Counted from the stretch's first letter, positions 12,525 through 26,983 are shown. The stretch: 64,000 nt of DNA from Pristiophorus japonicus (GCF_044704955.1 NC_091979.1:271870001-271934000), one strand, 5' to 3'. A program made the numbers and translations. The notes: a model not told the origin generated them from the sequence alone.

Positions 12525-13628
12525 GCAAAGAAAGGAGAAACAAAACAAAATAAAAGACAGATGGAGAGACATAGTGCTATTTTTACGCAGATCCCATGGC
12601 CAGATAAAATCATCTACCTAGAGTAGAAAATAAGGAGAAGTCATTTCAAATCAAAAATTGAGAATCAAATTAAATGTATCTATAAAATTGATGACATAAA
12701 TACAGTGTGATACCGCAGTTTTTTTTACTCTCCTTTATTAATATTGAATCAATACTGAATACCTTGCTTTTTATTTCTAAGTATTGTTATTTGATAAATT
12801 ATTATTTTTTAAAGTCTCACACTTCAAATATAAAGCAGTCTGATATCTGACTGACTTCTAATTAATAATCAGTCATATTTTGATAATCCTGTACTTATTT
12901 ACCTGAATGATTCTAAGATAACTAACTAGCTTTGAACCTGTCTGGTCTATTTTTCCATGACTAATAGAATGTTTTGATGCAGTGGCAGAGCCTGGATTAT
13001 AATAATTCCTCGAAATCAGTCAAAACAATATAAATATATTGAAAATCTAGGCTAAAACTGGGCAACAGGATACATAAATTAAGATTATCTAATCCTGTGC
13101 ACATAAATTAACCAATTGGCGCTTTACATATTACAATATCAGTTTCCCAATGGCTTCAAGGCTATGATTCCATATAAACTGATCATTCTGGATTATGCAA
13201 CAGCTATCAGTTGTGATAGATATCTGTCCATTCATACTAGCAATTTCAAAACAAATACATTTCCAGAGTTCAGTTGGCATTATGGGGAATGATAGCCTCT
13301 GTGAGATTTGTTTTGGTAGGCAGATTTTTTGCAAATTGAAGGTGTTTAAAAATAATCACAGTACAAACATATTTTTGTGCATATATTAAATGTTACTTTT
13401 GTGACCAGCATGCTCCAGGGAGAATGAGCCCATGCAATGATATGACAGTATGACTTTCATCAGTATAGATTATGAACAGATGAGTTATAAGAAGAAGTGT
13501 GTCAAGGATCAAGAAAATTAATAGGAATCATATTACCATTCCATTTTACTAGCTTTACTGAGATTAGTGCAATTGATTTTGGGATGATAGAGATAAATAG
13601 TTTACCTAGGTCTTGTTTATTGTTTGAA

Positions 13629-13661
13629 TTATATATATATATTATATATATATATATATAT
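13629..13661. repeat. (TA)n microsatellite, interrupted
   Basis: Directly visible TA run. Confidence 0.9.
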
Positions 13662-13874
13662 GCACTGTAGAAGTACAGCCTGGAGTGACAGGTTCTGGGA
13701 AAACCATATGCTGAGCATGTATATGAAAATATCACCATGATGTTGCAGGTAGTTGATGCTGCACATGGTCTCCTTCTCCCTCATCACATAAAGCCCAGGA
13801 CATGAGCCAATTAACCAATTCACTCTTACCTGAAGCTATTCTATGAACATACAAACGCAGACAAGAAAAGACTG

Positions 13875-15502
13875 GGGCCGGAATTTTTTTGGGGGTCCAG
13901 CGTTTGTGATCGGTAGTGGGTTGGGTCAGAAATGTGATTTTTTTTTAATAGCAGGTCGGGACCCCGCGGACAATCCCACAGGCGCGTGTTTGATCTCCAA
14001 CCCAACCTGCAGAGGCAGGTGACCCAATTAAACCAATTATTGGGTTGTTGACAGATCCTTAATAATGCTTTTAACCTTACCTTTCAACTTTAACTGCTTG
14101 CCCACGGGTCCACGCTGCTCGGGGACCACGTCTGTGAACCTGAGGCGGGAGTTGAACAGCAATTGCTCCAGCTGCTTACTTGTGACAGCTTCAAATGTAC
14201 AGTAAAAGCTCCCACCTGACAGATCATCACTTTCCTTAGTCATAAGCTGTTTTTCAGTCCATTTCCAGCACAGATTCTGCTGGCTTTCCACTTTCCACTC
14301 TTACCTCATTGGAAGAACTCTCTCACCATTGACAGAATGCTTCTTTCATCTCTACTTCACCTGCCATCTATTCCATCAATATGGGCGCTATCTCACCTTG
14401 GTCTTCAGAATCCAACCACGATCAGCCCCAACACCAGCTGCACCAGGCACACCAGCAGAACCAACAACACCACCAACCTTCATCCACAATCACCTGATGC
14501 ACCCGAATTTTGCTGCCCGGGAGGCCAGGGATGGTCTCACCATGGCCAGATTTACTTCCCTTTACACTGTACACCCTGGCTGTCACATGATGCGTCAGAT
14601 TGGCACCACCCCACACCAACACCATAAAGCATCCTTACAACGTTCAAGCCATTCCTTTCACACTCACCACCATTGCGGGGGTACCATTATGTCTCACCAT
14701 TCATTGCAACTCACGAAGCCACTTGAAAGATGCACACAAATCTGTCCAAGAACACAAAATGTTGAAAATAAAGGTTTCAATGTTTGACACAGTATCAACA
14801 GAAACTTTACATGAACATTGGATAAAATACCCAAGTGGCTACCCTTGTGTGTTGTTAGTTGGTATGATTACACTAGGTTTAGGGTGAGTATGAGGGGTGG
14901 CTAGTGAGATGGGAATGTGATAATGTAGATAGAGAGGGATGGGTGGAGGTGCAAGGTAAGTTGGTGTGAGTCAGGATGTGCAGGAGTAAGGTAGGGAAGG
15001 CAGAGTAATGGAGATGTGATGAGAGGCACAGCAGGATGCGGTTGAGTGTGGCTTTGTACTAATGTTTCGTGATCTAATGAGATCACTGAAAGAGTTGTGT
15101 CACTGGACCCAGGTCCTCCAGACCACATCCCTGTTTATGCTCTCCCGTGCAATCCAAAACTAAGCATATGGAGGGAGTCATGGAGACCCTGGGTGCAGCC
15201 CTGCACCTCTGTGCAGTGATTGTCAGTATTTTCAGCACTTCAATGCTGTGGAACACTGACAGCACAAATGTCAAAAGAAAGTTGGCCATGGTCCCTTTAA
15301 GGAAACCAGCTGATGACGCGTCATGAATGATGTCACCAGACCCGCTTCCTCTAATTGGGCCGGGAAATGTGCTGGGCGGGCTTAACAAGCCCCATCAACG
15401 TAAATTAATTTTCCAGAGCGGAATGGAGCCAGCATTGGAGCCAGCATTGGGGCCGCAACCCGCCACCAACATCGCCTGCCGTGATAAGGAAAATCCTGGC
15501 CC
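13875..15502. mobile_element. Internally deleted Harbinger element with remnants of both genes
   Basis: Imperfect TIRs GGGCCGGAATTT and AAAATCCTGGCCC. A Myb/SANT remnant lies on (-) at 15065-15215 (RAAPR..., ..RTWVQ..FSDLIRS). A low-complexity transposase-like N-terminus lies on (+) from about 14381. TSD not clear. Confidence 0.6.
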
Positions 15503-17370
15503 AATTGATATATCATACCTATCCTTTTGTGACATGATGCAACCTTCACTTACCATCACCACCAACCCCCACCCTCCCCAGTAATGCACCCTCTGAGAAA
15601 AGGCAGAAAAGAACGGAGAAAAAACTGAGGCAACTTTAGGGAAAAATCTCTGAGAAATTCCTCTACGACCCCTGAAGGCACTCAACACAATTTGTGAAAG
15701 GTGTGGATTTTAGATTGGTAGCTTAAATTTTACGCAGATATTTTGGATGCCTTCACACTATAACTGTAGTATCTGAGCAATTCAGTTTTGCTTCACACCA
15801 GCATTGCAGGTATAGTGCAAATGCAGCTTGAATCCAGTGTCAGGATCTGACTTGACACAGGATAGAAGAGAAATCATACTCCCTGAATAAAGTACTTTCA
15901 CTCCACATTGCTTCAGTTAGTACAGCCTTGACGACCAATTTACACTACTCATTCACTTCGTAAGATTAGTATCAGCGTGAAACCACACCACTTAACAATG
16001 ATGTTAAACTTCTAAAGGGAAAGCATCAAATGCGAGATGAAACAAAAACACAGAAGCTCGCCATCAGCCCAGTGGGTGCAGTACTAAGCCAAATTCTGGT
16101 ATACTCCAATTGATCTCAATGCCTTGAACAATGGAGGAGAAAAGTCTAACAGAGCTCACATTTCTTATTGCCATCCAGTGATGCCCTACAAATTGTGTGT
16201 GTGGATAATGAGTGAAACCTGGATTGGGTTTGATTGTGATACCTTTGAAGGTTGAATAGCCTACCAAAACTAATTTTCTTGGGTGAATTTCCTTGTTGTT
16301 TTCAGCGTTTTTGCAGTAGAATTTTTTTTTCTGGCAAGGAAATCGTGCAGAAGCTGTCCTGTCTATTTTCTATCATTAAATTGCTTCCCACCAGTTTCCT
16401 CTTGCTTTTCACCCCTTCCCATGAACTGAGGAGTTTCTGAGCTTGAAATTTCTCGAGAGTTTGCCTAGCAATTTCTACAGTTGAGAAACACATTTACAAT
16501 GATTTTCTTTTCCCATTTCTGCCTATTCTGGACTTGTTTCTCACTGCTTCTGATGGTGTCAGACCACTACTAGACTTAAACCTCTGCAGTGAGAGCTCCC
16601 AGTAATGGGTATGGCATTCTCTATGAGCCTGCGCCATAAAAGTTGAGTATGGTGATCACCTTCATAGCCCTGGATAGATCAGTGCAGGCAAATGACAGTG
16701 GCTGTCAGACATCCTGCAGTAGGTGACAGAGTAAAGTTGCCATATTATCTTGTTTTAGTTGGGAGAGGTGGGGGGGATATATGTTGGGTCCATCCTCCTT
16801 ATAAGTGCCTGACTCTCCTTTGCTCCATCCTGTGCTGCTCCCTCTCCCCTCCTCCATGATATTAGGATACAAGGGTGTTCTAATAGGGAATGCCATACCT
16901 GCTCCTGAGAAGCTCACACTGTAGATGAGTGAGGGTGAGCAGAGGTGGAGAAAATCTCCTGGTGTTCTCTTTAGAAACAGTGAGAACTTACTCCCTGTCT
17001 CTGTAGGCAGAATGTTAAAATAATTGCTACAAAAAGTCATTCCCAGCTGCAGAAATCGCTCATTATACTCCACACTCCTCAGGCTCACGAACTTCTCACT
17101 TCCACATCGTGGCAACAGTTGTGCCTTATAATTGTCAGTCTAACTTATTCCAATTGCATTGCAAGTGTAATAGGAATCTCAGAGATGCAGTGTCACTGGA
17201 CCTCATTATAACTTATTCAAAAGAAGCCACTCTTGATTCGGCAGGCAGATCGCGAGTAAGGCTGAAAAATGAGAGGATTTGTGGAGTCGTCGATTTTGAA
17301 GTGGAAAACTGGCATAAACAGCTTCTGCCCCATTTTGCTGCCAAAAAAAGTTACTTGCCCTAATCATATA

Positions 17371-17708
17371 CAGGTTGAACCTCGCTTATCCAGAATTCTT
17401 TGGAACTGGCCTGTTCTGGATAAGGGATTTTTCTGGACGAGGGGTGGTCACGTTAAATTGGATGGTACAGGTACTGAGCAAGGGGATATCGGGGCTGGCT
17501 GGCTTGGGGCTGGGAGTGCGGCAGAGAGATCGTGGGGGAGGGCGGTGGATCGCAGGGTCAGGCCAGCGATTGCGGGAGTCAGCAGCGAGGAAGGACTTCA
17601 ATTTGTTCAGGTCGGAGTTCTGCACATGCGCCACCCAATGGCCAGGAATGGTTCTGGACGAGGGGTGGTTCTGGATAAGGGAGTTCTGGATAAGGGAAGT
17701 TCAACCTG
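17371..17708. mobile_element. Tc1/mariner (Tigger/pogo-like) MITE
   Basis: 25-bp TIR CAGGTTGAACCTCGCTTATCCAGAA versus TTCTGGATAAGGGAAGTTCAACCTG (2 mismatches), TA TSD on both sides, subterminal TTCTGGATAAGG repeats. Confidence 0.88.
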
Positions 17709-18209
17709 TACTGAAATTATGCTGGAAATTCCAGGCCATAAATTCTATCTACTGAAGTCATTTGAAATTCATTAAAAAAGTTACTTTTGTTAAATAAGAA
17801 GTGATTCAACAATCCCACACTTCCAGAGGACAGCTCCAGAAAGCAGTAGTCAGAGAATCAGGACTGCAATTTTGTAACTCTTTCTCTCACTCACATTCTC
17901 TTTTAGAATACCTCCCTGCTGGGATTGCAAATCATCAATTAAGTGTTTTGCAGCATAGTTTTGCCATTTGCAAAAATAAGGCATAATTTTCCAACTACAG
18001 ATGGTTGGAAAATCATGGCCAACATCGGGATTTCTGATATGTGGACTGAAATCCAAAGCTGAGCATTTTAGTCAGAGTTGCTATAGAAACAGAGCACACT
18101 CTCATTGAAAGTGTATGTGCCCAGCATTTCTGCAGCCTTCAGGATATAGTGCTGCTGATAGAGCACCCAAGGTGGAAGGCAGAAATGGAGATAGAGATAG
18201 AAAGACTAA

Positions 18210-18924
18210 GGGGGAGAAATCGGGCCGTTTGCCCCTCCCATTAGCGTCTCCGGGGACACTAACTGGACATGAATGACTTTTTGTCTGGACGTGGCATTGC
18301 TAACTCCCGCAAAATTCCGAGGGATTTTAGCGGCGGCGCTAACCAGTAGCGCCTGCTTCTGCCAGTAGTGGTCAGGGCTGCTGCACGGCAATGACGACGT
18401 CATCACCGTGCGCAGCGACCCGTTTTCACACCGGATTTGGTAGCGCCCTGTGAGGTTGCCGCGAGCAGCTTCGCGGGGATGTACAAGGCTTTAGGCTGCC
18501 CGCAGACGAAAATTAAGGGGAGGTGCAGTGCTGAAAATGTTAAAAATGTCCGACATATTTTTTTAAATGGCGGCCTTCTCATTTTTATATCGCAGGGTCC
18601 CTGCCATGATGTTGCAGCCTGGCACTCCACTTCTGTGCCAGGCTGTTGCCACACACCCCATTCCCTAGTAGTCCAGTGGTGGCCCTGTCTCCCTAATGCA
18701 GAGTCTGCAGTGTGAGCTCCCCTTTAATGGAAGGAGAGGGCCTTGTGTTCCCGCCAGCGCTATGCACCTCTCTGTGTAGCACTGGAAAATTTGCGATGGT
18801 TAGCGCCCTGGTCCTGCCCTCGAGGGGAAGTAGAGTGCGAGATTTTGCATTCCACTCACTCTCGGGGGCGTTAAGGCCAATTTAGCTCTGAGCTGTTACT
18901 GGGGCGGTACACAATTTCGCCCCC
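18210..18924. mobile_element. Harbinger-type MITE, old
   Basis: Ends GGGGGAGAAAT and ATTTCGCCCCC, with a GC-rich CpG-containing interior against AT-rich flanks. TSD not conserved. Confidence 0.6.
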
Positions 18925-19789
18925 TGCAACACTGACGGGATGAAATAGAAAAATGTTCACAATCTCCTTATCAACAGGCAACAGTATTCAAAGATTGATG
19001 TTGGAGACAGCAAAGAGATGTGGTCCTGTGACACTCCAATGTATAAATTATAGTCTGTACGACATTGGAAAAGCTTCCCCATCTTTGCAATTACGTGTAA
19101 TGTATATGACAATAAAAAACACCAGACCAGCTCTTCAGCTCATCTTTAGAGGTATTCATTCATAATGTTAAGGAATTCAATTATTAAATAAGATGCATAA
19201 AAGTTACTAACAATTTGGTATTGTCCAAATGCTAATGAAGGTTTAAAGCAACAAATGATCACCCACTACATTCACTCTTCAACAATACTTAAGGCAGAAT
19301 TCTTTGAAATCACCGCTGTGCAAAAACATTTCATTGCATGTATGTTCATCACTCTATGCATATTTTTATGCCTATAAGCATACATTACTTTATCATCACT
19401 TTGTATTTCCCACATCAGATTCTCATTGTACTGTATCAGTCCTAACAAAACATGCATAATTACTTCCAAAAAGAGGTGATAGACACTTTCCTGTTCACCT
19501 CCCCATCCAGGACTTGCATATGGGCTAGCACGGCGTCCAAACTGGCCAATTTTGGGAAGGTGCCACACCGGCATCGGGACGACCGATTGGCGTCCACAAC
19601 TCACTGGTATTATGGAAACGAGGGCCAAGGCCCAATTTGATATGAGCCTCGGGCACATGTTCCTGACGCAAAACTGTCACAAAACCTTCCCCCTAGTGTG
19701 TGTTGTGGTTTTAAAAACACTCAGACATATTTTAATGTTTATAGGATATATACATCCACAAGAATTATTTTACTGTTTCCAAGCAAACA

Positions 19790-20107
19790 GTATCAACTTG
19801 GCTCCTCCAAGTCAGAAGGTTATAGGTTAAAGCCCCAATGCAGGACTTGACCATTGAATCTGAACTGACAATCCAATTCTGAGGGCATGTTGCATATCGT
19901 TCAGTGGTTTGAGTGGACATCAAAGATTACACAATAATAAGCAATAAGGAGAGTTACAAGGCTCTCTCAATCAGCACCATCAAAAACATCCTATTGCCAT
20001 TTGTCGGAGCTCTCTGTGGGCAAAATGCCAGCTGCATTTGCCTACATAACAAGAAGTTTCTGGGAGATGTAATACCTGTAATACACTATTCAAATGCAAG
20101 TATTTAT
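19790..20107 (+). mobile_element. Decayed SacSINE1/DeuSINE-like SINE
   Basis: gtcagaaggttataggttaaagcccc head motif and L2-type tail (aaatgcaagt). Confidence 0.45.
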
Positions 20108-22419
20108 TTTCCCAACAGGTTTTGTCAATCGAGTTCCTATCTTCCAGTATTGACTCTAAGCTTTCTTCACTGTGCTAACCATCCCTTTCAGCATCTCATC
20201 CAATGACACTGCCACTGGAGTGCAATTAAATAAAAAAATATCTCCTGGTGGATCTAGCACCCACTTGTCATTTTTCTCATCCACCAAATGCAGACATTTT
20301 CAGTCAAACACTCTCTTCTCTAAGCCTCCTCCCAGTCTGTTCAAAATAAATAAAATCAGGCATTTGTTCATTAGAAAATGGATTCTTGCACATGTCAAGG
20401 AGGCCACTGGTTTTATTAGTGATTCTCAAACATTTTTCAGTCAGGTGGACCAAAATGTTTTCACAACCTCTCATGCCCCTCCAGCTAAAGATATACCACC
20501 AGTAAGTTTTCAAAAAAGTCTGCCTCTCTTCCCCTTGACTTCTGTTTCTTTCTTGCACATCGGCTCCTCATTCACTTCCATTTCTCTTTTGCTTTTTTTT
20601 TTACTTCAGCTTTCCTTTCACTCCTGTTTCACTTTTGGTTTGTTTCTCTCTCCCTCAATTCCCTTTTCCTCCCTGTGCTCCCTTATTTTCTCTCTTTCCT
20701 ATGATTATACAACTCCTGTGAATTTTGTTCATTTCCTTCAGGACCCTTACATTAGACTTCCAAATCAGTTAGCTGGCTGAGTGGCAATCATAAATTATTG
20801 GTGTTGGGGAACAGGTGTAACCAGAGTTCAGGATATTCAGAGATCTGGAAGAAAGGGCATTTTGCTGTTTGTGGAAGGAAGAGAGCAATTTAAGCCATGG
20901 TTATGTGTAAACTTGTGATTTTTGGGGAGTTTGTTTTATTTGCTTATTATGTAACTCAGCAGACACCTTGGTGTTCTATACATTAAGAAAGTTACTACAT
21001 AACTCAAACATATTATAAATCAGATCATTAACACAGAAAAATAAAAGTATCATCTATATTGGAGGAGTGGAATGGGACTCAAAGTTTATTATAAAGATGA
21101 ACAAATATATACATACAGATTATCTATAATTCATATTCTTCAAGAAGAATTTTTAAAACCTCTATAAATGTAGTAGGTACGAATGTAGAATAAAATGTAA
21201 CAGATAAACTGTATCCTATAAAAATTTTATGATCAGAAAACCTTCTTTCAAAGCCTACCATCTGTGAAATATCTATGAACATGAAAATATAGACAGCTAG
21301 TTTTTTCCTTAAAAGTGGAGGACTGTAAGGTCCTTCATTTCACGTTTATTATGCTTTCTGTGTCTTTCCTCATTTTTCATCAGCGCTGCATTAAGTATTG
21401 ATATTGATTTCTTGTAAATGTACTAAATGGATGGCCAGCAGTTTTTTGTTATTGTTCTGCAGTACTTGTATGTAATTTATTACTGCTGCTACCAATGCCA
21501 GCTCTCAGTGCACAGTGTAAAGCATCAGCTTTGTTCTGGTGCAGTCACAGGTAACACTTTGCTTTTGTTAAGCACCAATCTAAATTATTGTTGTGTACAA
21601 CATAAATTACAGTTAACAATTTAATTCTGTTATTGTCATTTACTGTCTAACATTTCAATTCCATACTTTATCAATTAAAAATGAATAGTAAGATCACAAA
21701 ATAATATACTTGACATATACAAATAGGCCTTGAAAATGCACTGCAAATATTAGCGTATGAATCCTTAACATGTTTGAATGAAATTACTTTGTCTCCTAGA
21801 ATCACTGGGTAAGTCAATGAGAGAAGCACAGAGCTATTTATGTTGCTTCATACAGGATTAGACTGGTGATATGGCCTTTGGGCTGGAGCTGAATCTGAAA
21901 TCTATAAGCCTGGGCAAAGACTTCAAGCCCAACATCAAACTTATATGACTTGGAACTGAAAAAGAGGTCCAGGATTCAGTGTGACCAGGATGGGGGGAGG
22001 GGAGTAGAGAGGTTAAAGGCCAGCGTGTGAGAAGGTGTTTTCCTCGGTAGAGAACCCTTTATTTTTTATCTGCAAACAACTATGTGTAGTATCATTAACT
22101 ACTAAACAATGTCATGTACATTTTTGGTTAATATTGTTTGCTTTTAAGGTGATAAAAGTTGTAAAAAGAAATCTCCTAGGCAACATATCAACTAGGCAGA
22201 TTTATAGCTCCACTATTTTCAACCAGTAAATGCAAATTAGGTATGTTATGGAAACAAGCAAATTGGGTGTGCTGTAGCTGTGTGAGAAAAGACTATGAAG
22301 TCCTTTCATTCCATAGTCTCACTGTTTTCAAATGACATGAACAAATTAAAAATAATACAATGATATATAACAGTACAATTTAAATTACAAATTTGCAGGA
22401 CACGTATTGTCTCCTTCCA

Positions 22420-22840
22420 GTTAGCTTCACTCAGTTGGTAGTTCTTACATCTGACAGAGGGTCATGGGTTCAGGCCTGAGCACACCTAAGCTGAGACTTC
22501 AATGCAATACTGAGGGAGTGCTGCATTGTCAGAGGTGCTGTCTTTTGGATAAGTTAAGTTGAAATCCAGTTTGGCTGCTCAGGTGGGCATAAAACATCTC
22601 ATGGCATAATTTAAAGTAGTTCTCATATTGTCATGGCTAACATTTCTCCCTTAGTCAATAATACCAAAACAGATTATCTGGCCATTCATTCACAGTTATT
22701 TAAGCGACAATGCTCTGCACAAATTAGCTGTCATGTTTGCTTGCGTAACAAAGTAACTATACCTCAAAAGTAATCGATTTGTTTGAAAGTGTTTTGGGAC
22801 ATTCTGACTACAAGAGAAGGCACTGTATAAATACAAGTTA
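22420..22840 (+). mobile_element. SacSINE1/DeuSINE-like SINE
   Basis: tRNA-like head, core tactgagggagtgctgcattgtcagaggtgc, and tail aaggcactgtataaatacaagtt. Confidence 0.6.
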
Positions 22841-23249
22841 GTTCTTTCTTTCTCTACTATGATTCAAGTTTTCAATTCACTGATACACAAAAATCATTCA
22901 GTGTATGTTTTGCAGTTTTTTTGGTAACTTAAAGATATGTAAAATTTAGATTTCTTGCACATTTGACAGGAATAAAGAATTTTAATTGCAGTTAACAATA
23001 AACAAGTGACTAAAAGCTTTACAAATAGCTAATTGTTTGATAAAAGTTCCAAAGCTGATGGCTGCGATTACTTCTGAACCCTGGGGCAATAGTTTATCAG
23101 TTCTCATTCAGAAGTTGAAGTCACTTTCAGTTTTACTGTACTGTTGAGCTAAATTTAGTTACTTACAGGGTTAACTGTTTTATCTAACTTGAGAAGTATT
23201 CAAGTACTCAAAAGTCAGTGGTTGGGATGTTGCCAGGGAAGAGACAATG

Positions 23250-23397
23250 GGGGTAGATTTTACAAATGAGCACTTTCAGGGCAGAAATTTGCGTGGCAGG
23301 AGAATATTGGGTATTTGGGGGCCAAAGTCAATACGTACCTCATGATTTTCCAATCATTAGCTTTGCATCGGGAGTGGTAATTCATCAAATCTACTCC
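23250..23397. mobile_element. Small MITE
   Basis: Terminal inverted repeats GGGGTAGATTT and AAATCTACTCC. Confidence 0.45.
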
Positions 23398-24007
23398 AAT
23401 AATTCAATTCATCTTTGATAATTTGTAACAACTACCACACTGTCAACTTGCTAGCCACAGTTCATCCATTCAAATCTGGCATTTTGTCTGAGGTTACATA
23501 AAATTACATTTTAGAATCCCTTTTAATATCTTTGTGAAATTTTGGGATTTATTTTAAACAGTCATGGGAAAGACTGAAAGGAACTATAAGAGATGACATG
23601 AGGCATGTTTTACTTACTGAGGTGACGAGTTAGCGGTTTAGTTTACTCTAAGCATACTAACTGCATCAAATCAAGAGTTCATTTCTTTCACTATTGCTTT
23701 ATGCACTTGCAGGAATGCACAGGTTTACTGACTGTGCATTCTCCGAGCTGGCACATTGCAATTAATGAACAACTGAGCAGCCAATCAGGGAAAAAACTGT
23801 AATAACCATGCAGAACCACCTATTAACTCCCTTAATAGACACGTAAACACTATAAATAACACTTAGTGCGTCAATCCAGCTGTGGAGCTTATGGAGGCAA
23901 TAAGGTGTAGAAAGTCTCTCATCGCAGATGAGGCAATATAAATCACTATGAGCACCACAGCCTAAATTTTCCAATTGGGATCACCTGATTTGTGAGCGTA
24001 GGGAGGC

Positions 24008-24328
24008 ATGGAGCAGATTTTCCTGTTCCTGCATCTGGGGCTATTGGATCGCCTGCGCACAGAAAATACAGGAAACTCAGGCAAAGAGGAGCACACACCC
24101 ATAAGCGAGCCTGCCCGACTTTCAATCTATTTAAATTAAATTAACGGACAGAAAATCGAGTGGGCTCCATTAGGGATGTAGTCTGCCCCTCATCAATTTT
24201 TCATCTATTTAAATTAACAGACGGAATATACGAGTGGGCTCCTTTAGAGCGTGTACTCCTCCCTGCCTATATTCAGAGCCCAAGCAATCCAATAGCCCCG
24301 GGCGCAGGAGCAGAAAATACTGTTCCAT
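24008..24328. mobile_element. Palindromic (foldback) MITE
   Basis: About 48-bp imperfect TIRs (atggagcagattttcctg...gctattggatcgc versus gcaatccaatagc...cagaaaatactgttccat) and an internally duplicated atctatttaaattaa...cgagtgggctcc motif. Confidence 0.7.
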
Positions 24329-24369
24329 AGACTACACCCACATGATCTCGTGTATGGTTTATTTCTGAA

Positions 24370-24910
24370 TGCCAACACTAACAGCAAAGGATTTCAGTCC
24401 CTCAACGAGTAGCAACACATTATGCAAGTCAGTGTGCTGTTCCCTGGCAGCTGTCATGATGGTCTACTGCCACTGTGACTTAAAAAGCCAAGTCTTGGGA
24501 TGGCTTTTGGGAGATGAAGGTTAATTTCTGCAGCCATGGCCGATGACACCTTGTCATATTTCAACACACAATCTGGACATGTAATAAGGTGCATTCATCA
24601 ACCAGAGTAATGACAAAGCACATCAACAAGCTGTATGGAGTAGTGCTTCAGATTCCTGGTTCAATCCGGGGGAGTCCTGCAATGTAGTCTGGCTAAGGTC
24701 TTCTAGATTGTGATTGCATGAAGCAATACATTGCCTTGCAGAAAGGCCTCGTCATAGAAATCCCAGAGGAGGAAGGTCCCCACTAACAACAAGAGGAGCA
24801 GCGGCAACCTAAAGAGGCTGCAGAGGATAAGTTGTTGCCAGCTGGAAGAGACATTTGCGCCACTCTCCTGCAGGGAAACGTCACTTAACTTTGACACCTG
24901 GTCACTGCAT
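24370..24910 (+). pseudogene. Old Harbinger (HARBI1-like DDE) transposase remnant
   Basis: Hand translation gives NSKGFQSLN, IMQVSVLFPGSCHD, GWLLGDEG*FLQPWPMTP, CFRFLVQSGGVLQ and an acidic tail, with stops and frameshifts. Confidence 0.7.
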
Positions 24911-25505
24911 TAAGAATTGTGTCAGATCTCCCCCCAACTCTCCAGAAACACCTTCCCTATGCAAAACAAAAAAACACCCATGCACACCACATGAAAGCAA
25001 TTTCCAACCTGTCTAATTACAATGTCTAGATGGATAACAAGTTTAGTGCAATCATCATTTTAATTAGAAACCATACTCTCTTGCTCTGTCTCTCTCCCTT
25101 TGTCTATCTTGCTCCGTCTAGATTTCTAGTACCGAGAGCTTATTACCATGGTACTTCCCATCGGTGTCAAGGTATGACATATGGGGGCTGAAATTGCTCC
25201 ATGCTGGGTTTGGGGCGCATAATTAGAATTAAGTGAAAAGTTAGTGTCGGCCGAGATGGGCGGGAGGAAGTTTGTAATTTCGGCATTTTGTTTCCCAAAT
25301 CAGAGAGCTGCATTGTTAGAGTGCTAAATGGCCTCCGCGTGGCGCTGGAGGGGTGCTACAGGGGCGATGTTGGAAATGTTCACCCAATTTCAGGTGAGTC
25401 TCATTCAGTCATAACGAGTTACCTGATCATTGGGCTTCTTAAAGAGGATGTCTTGCAGGTTTGTTCTGCTGATTCTCTTGCTCTTCACAGTTGAGTAGCT
25501 GCTGA

Positions 25506-26175
25506 GTGAGGGCTGTCGTGGCAGCTGGGAGAGGCAGCACAAGAACCACGTGTTTCTCAGACGCCAAATTGGAGACACTGGTGGGGGCAGTGGAGGACAG
25601 GAGGCGCATCCTTTTCACTCCAGCAGGGAGGTCGGCTCCACAGCTTCTCAGAGCTCTCTGGGCAGAGGTGGCTGCCGAGGTGTCGGGCACTTCCGTCGTT
25701 AACTGCACACATGCACAGTGTCATAAGAAGTTCTGCGATCTCACTTGTCTGGTCAAAGTGAGTACATGTTCCCCTAACTCTTACCTGTGAGCCTCTGTCT
25801 GTTGCCACAACTCTTACAAGACAGCCTCTGTGCAGACTCAACAAAGCAGCATTTAACTCAGGATGTGTGCCTACTCACAGTTATTGCCTCATTTGATGCT
25901 GTGCTTAGAATCACAGCTGCTTAAGCTGCCTGTGCATTTCTTCCACATAGATAACTGCGCTATTACTAAGCTTCCTTTCTTTTGGAAGCCAAGATGGCAC
26001 ACAACAGGCTGCTGCAGCAACAAACAGGAAGGTGGGAGGGGGCGGGGGGGGGGGGGGGAAGAGCCTGAACTGCACCAGCTCACAGACCTGGAGGAGCGAG
26101 TACTTTATCTTATGGGCCCGCAGGTCACTATTCCCATGGCAGTGGGGGCTGCCGAGCCCACTGGGGCCAACATTG
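25506..26175 (+). pseudogene. Harbinger Myb/SANT-like DNA-binding protein, spliced
   Basis: Exon 1 reads FSDAKLETLVGAVEDRRRILF...WAEVAAEVSG...QCHKKFCDL with a GTGAGT donor at 25758. Exon 2 (about 25988-26175) reads AKMAHNR...LTDLEERVL with a mutated acceptor, a poly-G frameshift and a GTAAGT donor. Confidence 0.85.
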
Positions 26176-26309
26176 GTAAGTGAAAGCCTTCCTCTCATCC
26201 CACCTGCCATTTAAATCAGAAGGCCTTATCATTTAGCCGCTCCACATTCTGACTACCTTACCACCTTTCTTCCTGCATTCCTGCACCCCTTCCCTCACCT
26301 TAACAGCTG

Positions 26310-26541
26310 TGTCAGCTGTGGTTCAGTGGGTGACACATTTGCCTCTTAGTTAGAAGGCTGTGAGTTCAAGTTCCACTCTAGGGACCTGCCACATAAATCT
26401 AGGATGACACTCTAGTGAAGTGCTGAGGGACTGCAGCACTGTCGGAGGTGCCATCTTTCGGATGAAACGTTAAACTGAGGCCCCGTCTGCTCTCTTAGGT
26501 GGATGTAAAAGATCTCAAGGCACTATTTCGAAGAACAGCAG
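26310..26541 (+). mobile_element. SacSINE1/DeuSINE-like SINE, 3' truncated
   Basis: tRNA-derived head (gtcagctgtggttcagtggg...gagttcaagttccac) and core cactgtcggaggtgccatctttcggatga. Confidence 0.7.
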
Positions 26542-26983
26542 TGGAGCAGGAACCTGCTGTCCTGTCTCAGGGCAACAGTATTTCATATCCCACAACTGCC
26601 ACTCCATCATTGCAACTAGCCAGCCCAGCCTGAGGTGCTTCAGTCTGCAGTCGGACCTTCCAGGTTCAGAGCTGGTTGAGGGCATCCTAGAAGGCCATCT
26701 GTAGTCTCTGGCCCAGAAACACAGTAGCCTTCCACCAGCCATGCTACAGCTACAGGGAAGACACTGCGGCGTGGTAGTAGAGTAGCTTTACTTAAAAGGG
26801 GATATAAAAAGATGCACAAGGGGGAATTATATGTTATGGTGATGTTGCACTTTTTACACAAATGTTGATTCTCATCTTTACTGTTTGGTGCTGTACCTCA
26901 TTTTATTTTTGGCCATGTGGTATGGAAGGAAGGGCTCGTTGATGTGTTTATGGAGAGGCACAAAGGAAACAGTAAGTGGTGAG

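Noticed and set aside
13830-13840. Possible 11-nt minus-strand microexon with good splice signals
   Set aside because: Too short to distinguish from chance without transcript data.
20172-20780. 202-aa plus-strand ORF
   Set aside because: Low-complexity pyrimidine-rich sequence (F/S/L-rich), non-ATG start, no motifs.
21463-21550. Possible plus-strand exon with a signal-peptide-like frame (LVCNLLLLLPMPALSAQC)
   Set aside because: No recognisable homology or linked exons.
26310-26385. tRNA-like sequence
   Set aside because: It is the head of a SINE, not a foldable tRNA gene.
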